DNA of 64,000 bases from Woeseiaceae bacterium (lineage in GTDB: Bacteria; Pseudomonadota; Gammaproteobacteria; Steroidobacterales; Woeseiaceae): NCBI GenBank assembly GCA_035698445.1, contig DASSBS010000048.1:4367-68366 (forward strand), in the 5' to 3' direction. Within the stretch, counting starts at the first letter, position 1, and every line of letters starts with the position of its first letter. A program made the position numbers and the translations under genes. This document shows, piece by piece, positions 9,647 through 17,713 of the stretch. A model generated the notes under the pieces. It did not search any database. It was not told the DNA's origin and was given only the letters and a program-made list of their open reading frames with translations.

Positions 9647-10696
9647 TCAGGCCGCCGTGCTGCGCGACCGGGCGTCCTCAAGCAGACTGCGATAGATCCG
9701 CAAGTAATCACGTGCCATCCGGTCGGCTGTGAAGCGCTCCTCGAAGCGGCGCCGGATTCGAGCCCGGTCAAGCGCCGCGGCACACCTCACTGCTTCAACC
9801 GCGCCATCGATCGAGTCGACGATGAACCCGGTGACGCCGTCCTCGATCACCTCCGGCACCGAGCCGCGCCGCCAGGCGATTACGGGAGTTCCGCACGCCA
9901 GCGCCTCAATCATGACGAGCCCGAAAGGCTCCGGCCAGTCGACGGGGAACAGGAGTGCCAATGCCCGCCCGAGGAAAGGAGACTTCCGCCGTTCGTCGAC
10001 CTCCCCAACGAACTCGATGGACGGGCGCGCCAGCAGCGGGCGGATCTGACCCTCGAAGTAATCGCGGTCAACGTCGTCGACCTTGGCGGCAATGCGCAGC
10101 GGCAATCCCGCCCGGCACGCGATCTCTATCGCTCGGTCCGGACGTTTCTCGGGGGATACTCGTCCAAGGAATGCCAGATAACCCTCCGGCTTGGGGTGGA
10201 ACCGGTATAGATCGCGGGGCAGTCCGTGATAGACCGTGCCGACCCAATTAGCGCTCGGCAGAGGTCCGCGCTGATCGTTCGAAATCGAGACCAGCGGGAT
10301 GTCGTCGAACTCCCTGTACAGGAACGGCAGATCGGGCAGGTCCAGCCGACCGTGCAGCGTGGTCAACGCGTTGATACCCAGTGCGCGCACGAGGGGATAG
10401 TGCAGATAATCGATATGGAAGTGGATGATGTCGAACCCGCCGGCCTCCCGGCGTATCCGTTCGAGCATCAGCACGTGATGGACGAGCGGATCGCGTACTC
10501 GCGGATCGAGGCGCAACCCGCGCTCCGCGCAGCCGACCAGCTTCGCGGCAACCTTAGAATCGGCGCTGGCGTAAAGCGTGACGTCGTATCCTTGGCGGAC
10601 GAGCGCTTCGGTCAGGTAATGCACCACCCGTTCCGTGCCGCCGTACCAGCGCGGCGGCACGCTTTCGATCAAGGGCGATACCTGGGCGATTCTCAT
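9647..10696 (-). CDS. Glycosyltransferase, GT-B fold, group 1 / GT4
   Basis: ORF 9647..10696. Motifs GGTERVV and EPFGLVMIEALACGTPVIA...GSVPEVIEDGVTGF. Starts 23 nt downstream of the hsp20 stop on the same strand. Confidence 0.85.
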   Translation of the reverse strand: MRIAQVSPLIESVPPRWYGGTERVVHYLTEALVRQGYDVTLYASADSKVAAKLVGCAERGLRLDPRVRDPLVHHVLMLERIRREAGGFDIIHFHIDYLHYPLVRALGINALTTLHGRLDLPDLPFLYREFDDIPLVSISNDQRGPLPSANWVGTVYHGLPRDLYRFHPKPEGYLAFLGRVSPEKRPDRAIEIACRAGLPLRIAAKVDDVDRDYFEGQIRPLLARPSIEFVGEVDERRKSPFLGRALALLFPVDWPEPFGLVMIEALACGTPVIAWRRGSVPEVIEDGVTGFIVDSIDGAVEAVRCAAALDRARIRRRFEERFTADRMARDYLRIYRSLLEDARSRSTAA

Positions 10697-10719
10697 CGGC
10701 TACGAGTCAGCGTCCTTTG

Positions 10720-11220
10720 CTAGGTCTCGACTGCTATACGCCGCCCGCTGCGCTTCGCGTTCTTCGGCAGCGACACGGTCAATACGCCGCGGCGGTAACG
10801 TGCCGTCGCGCCTTCATCATCGACAGAAGCCGGCAGACGGATTGCCCGTTCGAACTGACCGTAGGCGCGCTCCATGATGTGATAGTGACCCCGCGTCTCC
10901 TCGCGCGACACTCTCTTCTCGCCACGGACGATCAGCAAATCACCCCTGACGTCGATCTCGAAGTCATCGGGCTCGAGACCGGGAGCCTCCAGGAGCACGT
11001 CGACCGTATCGTCCGTTTCCGTTACCTCCGCTGCCAGAAGTCCCCAGCGCGAGGCGCGGCTGACAATGCGATCCTCGGCGGACTCGACTTCGCCGCGTGT
11101 CGTCCTCGGATTGAACCGGGTCAGTGCATCACCGGCCAGTTCGCGCAGCTCGCGCCAGCCGATGGTCAGTGTGTCCCAGGCCTTCGACAGGCCCTCCCGA
11201 AATTGCGTGACGGTACTCAT
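10720..11220 (-). CDS. Hsp20/alpha-crystallin family small heat-shock protein
   Basis: ORF 10720..11238 trimmed to ATG 11220 (GGGAG RBS). Alpha-crystallin domain: VDVLLEAPGLEPDDFEIDVRGDLLIVRGEK...ERAYGQFERAIRLP...GVLTVSLPK. Confidence 0.85.
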   Translation of the reverse strand: MSTVTQFREGLSKAWDTLTIGWRELRELAGDALTRFNPRTTRGEVESAEDRIVSRASRWGLLAAEVTETDDTVDVLLEAPGLEPDDFEIDVRGDLLIVRGEKRVSREETRGHYHIMERAYGQFERAIRLPASVDDEGATARYRRGVLTVSLPKNAKRSGRRIAVET

Positions 11221-11262
11221 CGTCTCAACTCCCTTCAATCAGTGACTACATGGATCACTTGC

Positions 11263-11290
11263 GTATAGGGGCATCGACGGCCTCTTCAAG
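11263..11290 (-). promoter_or_regulatory. Sigma-32 (RpoH)-type promoter upstream of hsp20 (10720..11220)
   Basis: The minus strand reads CTTGAA-gaggccgtcgatg(13)-CCCCTATAC. The E. coli sigma-32 consensus is CTTGAA-N13-15-CCCCATNTA. It lies about 43 nt upstream of the start codon. Confidence 0.5.
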
Positions 11291-11444
11291 TACGGGTTCC
11301 GCCGCCGCCCTACTCGGCCTCTGCGCAAATCGGCACAGCGGACGCGCTACCCGCGTGCCCCGCCATACCAGAAGCTATAGAAGAAAGGGGGCCTCGCGGC
11401 CCCCTTCCCGATCACGTCGGCGTTCACCTGCCGATCGGGCGGCA

Positions 11445-11882
11445 TCATGCCGCAATCGGAATCCGCCGAGGCTGCGCCTTGGCGTGCTTCCCGATCGTGA
11501 TCTCCAGGACGCCATTACGATCAGCAGCCTTGACGTTATCGCCGTCGGCGGTGTCCGGCAGGATGAAGCGGCGATGGAACCGGCCATAGCCTCGCTCCAC
11601 GCGACGACGCACCATGTGCTCGTCTTCCAAGGGGAGCGGCGCCGGGCGTTCACCGCTAACCGTCAGCACACCGCCATCCAGCGTGATGTCGACGGACTTC
11701 GGATCGACTCCCGGAATGTCCACGAAGAGCTGGAATCGATTACCGTATTCATTGATGTCGACAGTGGGCGCCCACTCGGCGGTCGCGCCGGTGCTTTCCG
11801 TATCGCCCCAGCCGGAGAACAGCCGATTGATTTCATTCTGCAGGCGATCGATACGCCACGGATCGTACTGAACCATGTTCAT
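11445..11882 (-). CDS. Hsp20/IbpA-like small heat-shock protein
   Basis: ORF 11445..11888, start probably ATG 11882 (AGGAGG upstream). Motifs WAPTVDINEYGNRFQLFVDIPGVDPKSVDITLDGGVLTVSGER...GRFHRRFILP...GVLEITIGK. Confidence 0.9.
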   Translation of the reverse strand: MNMVQYDPWRIDRLQNEINRLFSGWGDTESTGATAEWAPTVDINEYGNRFQLFVDIPGVDPKSVDITLDGGVLTVSGERPAPLPLEDEHMVRRRVERGYGRFHRRFILPDTADGDNVKAADRNGVLEITIGKHAKAQPRRIPIAA

Positions 11883-11944
11883 TACCATTCCCTCCTTTCG
11901 GTGGTCTCGAATCGTTTTGGCCGCTCACCGTCGGCCTGAACCCC

Positions 11945-11974
11945 AGAATAGGTCCCGCCGGCGCGGTTTCAAGG
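11945..11974 (-). promoter_or_regulatory. Sigma-32-like promoter upstream of the second hsp20
   Basis: The minus strand reads CCTTGAAA-ccgcgccggcggga-CCTATTCT. The -35 is good and the -10 is weaker. It lies about 63 nt upstream of ATG 11882. Confidence 0.35.
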
Positions 11975-12017
11975 CCCATTCCCGTCGAGCAAGGCGGGCA
12001 CGCCTTGGCCGCCGCCT

Positions 12018-12050
12018 CCCCCTTGAAATTTGCCGCCGTGACCCTACAGT
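12018..12050 (+). promoter_or_regulatory. Sigma-32-like promoter upstream of rpoH
   Basis: The plus strand reads CCCCTTGAA-atttgccgccgtga(14)-CCCTACAGT, about 66 nt upstream of ATG 12117. Confidence 0.4.
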
Positions 12051-12116
12051 CAAGGGCGCCCCCCGGAGGGTGGTGGGCGCCCGATGATTCGGTGCCGCTA
12101 AAGGAGGATGTCGGAG

Positions 12117-13013
12117 ATGGCCGGAACGGGATTGATGACATTGCCGTCATCGGTTTCGAGCGTCAGCGAATACGTCCGCGTCGTCCACAGCTTTCCGAAG
12201 CTGGATCCGGACGAGGAACGCGCCCTGGCCGAACGCTGGCGCGAGTACCGTGACGTGCAGGCTGCCTGGCGGCTGGTCACGTCGCACCTGCGCTACGTCG
12301 TCTGGATGGCGAACGGCTACCGCGGCTACGGGCTGCCGCTAGAGGACCTGATCCAGGAGGGCAACGTCGGGCTCATGAAGGCCGTGAAGCGCTTCGATCC
12401 CGGCCGTGGCCCCCGTCTGCTTACCTATGCGGTGTACTGGATTCGAGCCCAGATCCACGAGTTCATCCTGAAAAATTGGCGCATCGTCAAGAGTGCGACG
12501 ACCAAGGCGCGGCGCAAGCTGTTCTATAAACTCAGGCAGGCGAAGCACCGGCTCGAGTGGTTGACCCCGGAGGAAAGCTCGAGGATCGCGGATTCGCTCG
12601 GGGTCTCCGAGGACGACGTCGTCGATATGGAAGCGAGCCTCTACGGCACGGACGAGTCCTTCGATGGAGGTGTCCGCGCGGCGGACGATGCGCGACCAGC
12701 GCCCGCCGCCTGGCTCGCCGACGACAGCAGCCGCCCGGATGCGCCGCTCCTAGAGCTCGACCTGCTGCAGAAGGCGTCGAACGTGCTTCCTGATGCGCTC
12801 GCCGCCCTCGATCCTCGCAGCCGGGAGGTCATCGAACGTCGCTGGCTAGCCGACGACGAGCACAGGATGACGTTGATAGAACTCGGCAAGCGCTTCGGCG
12901 TCAGTGCCGAGCGAATCAGGCAAATTGAGTCACAGGCGATTGCGCGGCTGCGGCGGCACTTGTTGCCCAAGCTGGGTTTCGAGCCGAACAATGCGTCGCT
13001 GGCGGCCCTGTAG
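12117..13013 (+). CDS. rpoH: RNA polymerase sigma-32 factor RpoH
   Basis: ORF 12108..13013, start probably ATG 12117 (AGGAGG 9 nt upstream). Region 2 DLIQEGNVGLMKAVKRFDP, RpoH box TTKARRKLFYKLRQAK, region 4 HTH TLIELGKRFGVSAERIRQIESQAI. Confidence 0.9.
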   Translation: MAGTGLMTLPSSVSSVSEYVRVVHSFPKLDPDEERALAERWREYRDVQAAWRLVTSHLRYVVWMANGYRGYGLPLEDLIQEGNVGLMKAVKRFDPGRGPRLLTYAVYWIRAQIHEFILKNWRIVKSATTKARRKLFYKLRQAKHRLEWLTPEESSRIADSLGVSEDDVVDMEASLYGTDESFDGGVRAADDARPAPAAWLADDSSRPDAPLLELDLLQKASNVLPDALAALDPRSREVIERRWLADDEHRMTLIELGKRFGVSAERIRQIESQAIARLRRHLLPKLGFEPNNASLAAL

Positions 13014-13133
13014 AGGCGACGCAGACTAATACCTTACACGGCCGACTGCCGGATCGGAGCCGTCGGGAGACATCCCGGCATATCAATCTATACTGGCTGG
13101 ACGACGCCGCCGGAACCCTGGACTGACCACCGG

Positions 13134-14897
13134 ATGCCGGAAAGCGGACACCACGTGCAAGGACGGCGCCTCCGGTTCGCCGGGCTGGTGGGCCTGGCTA
13201 TGGCTGCCTTGGCGGGTGAGGCGAGCTCGGCGATCAAGGAGCTCGCGGCGGCCGACTCGCGCGTGGAAGGGCAGCAGCGCCTCTCCGAGGGCACGCAGCG
13301 CGAGAGCGAGCAGTATACGATCCCCGACATCGAGGTGGTCGGCGAGCTGCCCGTGCCCAGGGAGCAACTGCGGCAGCTCGTGCTCGTGGAGCCGGGCTCG
13401 ATGTTCAACTTGCGCTTGCTGACGCAATCCGTCGAGCTCATGAAATTCCGCTTGGGTGAGGAGGGGTACGCCAACGCCGAGATCGAGCTGGTAACCGAGC
13501 TGGATCACGCGAACCAGACGGTCGACATCACGTTCTTTATCGATCCCGGAAACCGTGTGTACGTGCGGCGCATCAACTTCCGCGGCACCGACGAAGTGGA
13601 TGACGCCGTGCTGCGGCGCGAGCTGCGACAGCAGGAGGGCGCGTACCTCTCTAACCGGCTGGTGGACCGTTCCATAATCCGCCTGCAGCGGCTGCCGTTC
13701 GTCGAAAACGTGGAGGTCGAAATCGTGCCGGTGCCGGGCAGCCCCGATCTGGTCGATCTCAATTTCATCATCGACTACCGGATGGCGGGCCACTGGCGCG
13801 GCGGCATCGGCTACTCGCAATCGCAGAAGCTCACGCTCCAGGGCAGTTTCGTCGAGCCGAACTTCCTCGGCACCGGGGATCGGCTGGCGCTCACGGCGAG
13901 TACCGGCCAGTATTCCGAGAACTACCGCCTCTCTTACACCGATCCGTATGTGACCGCGAACGGCGTTCGGCGCACCATTGACGTCGGCCACCGCGATATC
14001 ACGCAGCTCGCCGCCGGCCTGTCGGATTTCTTCATCACCAGTACGGGAGCTTCCATCGAATACGCGTACCCGGTCACCGAGCTCCAGGATCTGTCATTCG
14101 GCATCGCGTACCGCCACGCAGAGCTGCTGGCGTCCTCGGCCAGCCCGGTGCAGGCGCAAGACTGGGTCATGCACAACGGCAATCCGTTCGCCCTGGACGT
14201 CGGCGGCGGCCCGACCCGGTTCGGTAGCCGGTTCGATACCGTCGAGCTGCTCATGGCCTGGAGCTACGACAGCCGCAATCGCGCCATTTTCGCCGATCGC
14301 GGGGCCCGCCATCGGCTCGACTTCAGCGTCACCGCGCCCGGCAGCGAAGTGGAGTATTTCACGGCTCGCTACAACTTCACGCATTACCTCCCGATGTACG
14401 GCGCCTGGACACTCCGGGTGAACACCGACCTCGGCTACGGTGAGGCGCTGGGCGATACCACGGCGCTCCCGCCGTACGAGCGATTCTTCGCGGGGGGACC
14501 GGATTCGGTGCGTGGCTACCGGGAGTCGTTCCTGGGTCCGCGAGACAGCCTCGGTAATCCTTACGGAGGCAACGCGTTGATCGCCGCCCAGCTCGAGCTC
14601 ATTGTCCCCGTCCCGGAGGAGTTCAGGGAACGGGCACGGGCCAGCCTCTTTTACGACGTCGGCAACGTCTTCACTACGGGCGAAGTCCGGTTCACCGACA
14701 AGCTCGGGAACCCTGTCACCTACGACCCGGAATTCGACGAGCTCAGGGCCTCCGTCGGCGTGGCCGTACAATGGCTGGCGCCGATAGGCTTCCTTCAGTT
14801 CAGCTATGCGTACCCGCTCAACGACTTTCCGGGCAGCGACCGGCTGTACGGGGACGATACCGAAAGATTCCAGTTCACGATCGGCAATGCGTTCTGA
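13134..14897 (+). CDS. Omp85/BamA-family outer-membrane protein, short form (about 2-3 POTRA domains plus beta-barrel)
   Basis: ORF 13134..14897 with signal peptide RFAGLVGLAMAALAGEASSA. GNRVYVRRINFRGTDEVDDAVLRRELRQQEGAYLS...VPGSPDLVDLNFII...GGIGYSQSQKLTLQGSFVEPNFLGTGD parallels E. coli BamA POTRA4-5 and the barrel start. C-terminus FQFTIGNAF. Confidence 0.8.
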   Translation: MPESGHHVQGRRLRFAGLVGLAMAALAGEASSAIKELAAADSRVEGQQRLSEGTQRESEQYTIPDIEVVGELPVPREQLRQLVLVEPGSMFNLRLLTQSVELMKFRLGEEGYANAEIELVTELDHANQTVDITFFIDPGNRVYVRRINFRGTDEVDDAVLRRELRQQEGAYLSNRLVDRSIIRLQRLPFVENVEVEIVPVPGSPDLVDLNFIIDYRMAGHWRGGIGYSQSQKLTLQGSFVEPNFLGTGDRLALTASTGQYSENYRLSYTDPYVTANGVRRTIDVGHRDITQLAAGLSDFFITSTGASIEYAYPVTELQDLSFGIAYRHAELLASSASPVQAQDWVMHNGNPFALDVGGGPTRFGSRFDTVELLMAWSYDSRNRAIFADRGARHRLDFSVTAPGSEVEYFTARYNFTHYLPMYGAWTLRVNTDLGYGEALGDTTALPPYERFFAGGPDSVRGYRESFLGPRDSLGNPYGGNALIAAQLELIVPVPEEFRERARASLFYDVGNVFTTGEVRFTDKLGNPVTYDPEFDELRASVGVAVQWLAPIGFLQFSYAYPLNDFPGSDRLYGDDTERFQFTIGNAF

Positions 14898-14936
14898 TGA
14901 AGTCCGCCTTGGATCTGCAGGGCAACGACCGGTCCA

Positions 14937-15362
14937 TCAGACCCGCGCCGCATCCCCGGTGTCGCGCCGTGCCATAAAGCCAAAGTAGGCCGCAACGCCG
15001 GCGAGCAGGATGTGCAGCCAGATATCGTGTCCATACAGCGGCACGAGCCCGAAGGTCGTCTGCAGAACCGGAACCAGACCCATGATTACGAACAACCCGT
15101 AGATCACGGCAACGGACTTGGCGTAACTGACGGAGGCGGAGACACTACGCCAGGCAAACAATCCCAGGATGCCGAAGACGATGTGCACGATATTGTGCAG
15201 CAGGTTGATCGGGAAAAGCCCGAACAGCTTTCCAGCGCCCGTCTCGACAGCAAGTTCCGGATGCTCCGCTTCCAAAGGCACCACGAGTTCCGGTATGAAG
15301 CCGGCGATACCCACCACCAGGAAAACGATGCCGTAAATCAGGGCGAAATAGCGAACAGTCAT
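14937..15362 (-). CDS. Small integral membrane protein, DUF4383-like
   Basis: ORF 14937..15362 with AGGAGA RBS. Four predicted TM helices and the NLLHNIVHIVFGILG motif that I associate with DUF4383. Confidence 0.7.
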   Translation of the reverse strand: MTVRYFALIYGIVFLVVGIAGFIPELVVPLEAEHPELAVETGAGKLFGLFPINLLHNIVHIVFGILGLFAWRSVSASVSYAKSVAVIYGLFVIMGLVPVLQTTFGLVPLYGHDIWLHILLAGVAAYFGFMARRDTGDAARV

Positions 15363-15511
15363 TGCAAGTCTCCTATGTCTTCAAGTGAGGTAAGACCGGG
15401 AGACTGGCGTCAGGCACGCGGAGGTGCCCTCCCTGAAGGCCCAGTATGGCCCGTTGCTCAAGTCCGCGCAATGTGCTCATGCCAGCCTCTACGGTCACGA
15501 GGTGCGGATCG

Positions 15512-16858
15512 ATGAAAGACAACCAGCTTATCCAGAACCCGGTCGAGAGCCTCGAAAAGGGTGATGCGACGGCCGTACTACAGTTCGTGGAAACTGCTCA
15601 TCCGGCTGATGTCGCGGCGCTGCTCGACGCGCTCGAGTCTGATGTGGCGCGGGATCATCTCTTGGCGCTGCCATTGCTGCGGCGAACCGAGGTATTCAGC
15701 TACCTCCGTCCCGAGAGTCAGGTGTCTTTGGCCGAGCGACTGGACCGGCGGCAACTGGCCGAGATCATGACGCAGATGAATCCCGACGACCGCGCCGACC
15801 TGTTCAATCGACTCACGACGGAACAGCAGAACCTGCTGCTACCGGGTCTCGCCCACGCCGAACGCGAAGACACCCGCCGCCTCGCCGCCTATGCCGAGGG
15901 TACCGCGGGTGCAATCATGACGTCCGAGTACGCCACACTGCGACCGGGATTGACCGCCCGGGAGGCGCTCGATGCATTGCGCCGCGAGGCCCCGGACAAG
16001 GAGACGATCTACCGGACCTACGTGATCGACGGCAGTCGCCGGCTGATCGGCTCTCTCCGGCTTCAGGCGCTGATACTCGCAGAGCCCGGCGCCAAGGTCG
16101 AGGAACTGATGGAGCACGAAACGCTCGCCGTCAGCATAGACCAGGACCAGGAAGAGGTGGCGCGAAGAATTGCGCACTACGACGTGCTGGCTGTTCCGGT
16201 CGTTGACAGGGAACATCGCCTGGTTGGTGTCGTGACTCACGATGACGCCTTGGACGCGCTTCAGGAAGAGGCCACAGAGGACTTCCACCTGATCGGCACG
16301 GTCGGCAAACTGAGCGAAAGCGTGCGGGAAGCCAGCGTAACTCTCCTTTACCGGAAGCGAGTTCTCTGGTTGGCATTGCTGGTGTTCGGTAACCTGTTTT
16401 CCGGTGCGGGGATCGCGTACTTTGAGGACACCATCGCCGCGCACGTGGCACTCGTGTTTTTCCTTCCACTGCTCATCGGCAGCAGCGGCAATGCCGGTTC
16501 GCAGGCGGCAACGCTCATGGTTCGCGCTCTGGCGACCGGCGACGTAGTCATAAGAGACTGGGGACAGATGCTCGGACGCGAGCTGCTGATCGCACTCGCC
16601 CTCGGTGCTACGATGGCCGCGGCAGTCGCTCCTATCGGGCTGGTTCGCGGCGGCACTCAAATTGCTCTCATCGTCGCGCTCACCATGGTGCTGGTGGTTT
16701 TCGCCGGCAGCCTTATCGGAATGTCGCTGCCCTTCCTGCTGAATCGCTTCCGGCTGGATCCGGCGACGGCCAGCGCACCGCTGGTTACCACGATTGCAGA
16801 TGCCGTGGGCGTTGTCATCTACTTTACAATCGCCACCGCCTTTCTGATCCAGGCCTGA
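15512..16858 (+). CDS. mgtE: Magnesium transporter MgtE
   Basis: ORF 15446..16858 trimmed to ATG 15512. MgtE N-domain, tandem CBS (VLAVPVVDREHRLVGVVTHDDALDAL), and TM domain motifs FFLPLLIGSSGNAGSQAAT and PLVTTIADAVGVVIYF. Confidence 0.9.
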   Translation: MKDNQLIQNPVESLEKGDATAVLQFVETAHPADVAALLDALESDVARDHLLALPLLRRTEVFSYLRPESQVSLAERLDRRQLAEIMTQMNPDDRADLFNRLTTEQQNLLLPGLAHAEREDTRRLAAYAEGTAGAIMTSEYATLRPGLTAREALDALRREAPDKETIYRTYVIDGSRRLIGSLRLQALILAEPGAKVEELMEHETLAVSIDQDQEEVARRIAHYDVLAVPVVDREHRLVGVVTHDDALDALQEEATEDFHLIGTVGKLSESVREASVTLLYRKRVLWLALLVFGNLFSGAGIAYFEDTIAAHVALVFFLPLLIGSSGNAGSQAATLMVRALATGDVVIRDWGQMLGRELLIALALGATMAAAVAPIGLVRGGTQIALIVALTMVLVVFAGSLIGMSLPFLLNRFRLDPATASAPLVTTIADAVGVVIYFTIATAFLIQA

Positions 16859-16900
16859 CACGGCGGCGCGGTCCGCCGCATGCGTTGCTGAGCGGCTTCG

Positions 16901-17701
16901 TCAACCGATCGCAGAGAGCAGGCCGAGCCCGACGGCAAATACGATCATGACCGCGAGAGAATCGTAGCCCATGCGCAGGATAGTGGGATTGCGCCGCTCC
17001 AGCAGTCCAACGAGGATCAAGCATCTCGATCTCCCTGCCCGAGCTCAGCACGATCTCGCGAACCCGACCATGCCCGAGCCGAGCCCGGTCTGCTCGGCGA
17101 TGGCGTCTCCGGTCTGCGAAAGCGTATAGCCGGCAAAAAAGATCGCTGCTGCAGCCGCCGCGGCTTTGATGATGAGCGGACGGAGCGGCTGGTTCCGCGC
17201 CTTTTCGTCGTAATCGCCAGCCTCGCGTTCAGCATCTTTCTCCATCTCCGATGGCTTCCACGGCGCGCGCGCCGAGTAGTACGCGGAAAGCCAAAACGCA
17301 CCGACGGCGGCGGAAAAGATGACGATGCTCCAGACGCCGATAGTGACGATCAGGATATCCCCCGTGGTGATGGAGGCCGCCACCAGCGCCAAAACCAGCA
17401 TGCCGAGCGCCGCCTGCATCAGCGTGGCTGGTTGTGTGACAACCTCGGAAAGGGCGTCGCGGCCGATGAAAGCGTCCGCGACGGCGAGCAGCAGTACGTT
17501 GATAGAGGCGCTGCCCAGCAGGTTGTTGACCGCCAAAGCAGGATTGCCGATGGCCGAAGACGCGGTGACATTGGCGATCTCGGGAAGCGAAGTGATTCCG
17601 CCGAGCAAGAGCATCCCGACGAACGCCTGACCGACTCCGGTCTTGATCGCGATTATGTCGAGATAGTGCACGAGGCGCGTGCCCGCTATCCAGATGACCA
17701 C
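16901..17701 (-). pseudogene. Ca2+/cation antiporter (CaCA, YrbG-like) remnant: truncated N-terminus, in-frame stop, second alpha-repeat missing
   Basis: ORF 17045..17701 contains the first alpha-repeat (GGITSLPEIANVTASSAIGNPALAVNNLLGSASINV). An in-frame TGA at 17045-17047 is followed in the same frame by ...LILVGLLERRNPTILRMGYDSLAVMIVFAVGLGLLSAIG* (my translation, ends 16901). There is no second G-S/T-S-x-PE repeat. The ORF opens only 4 codons upstream of its GTG, at the stop of the upstream gene, so the first TM helix is lost. Confidence 0.5.
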
Positions 17702-17713
17702 GCCGGCGAGTGG

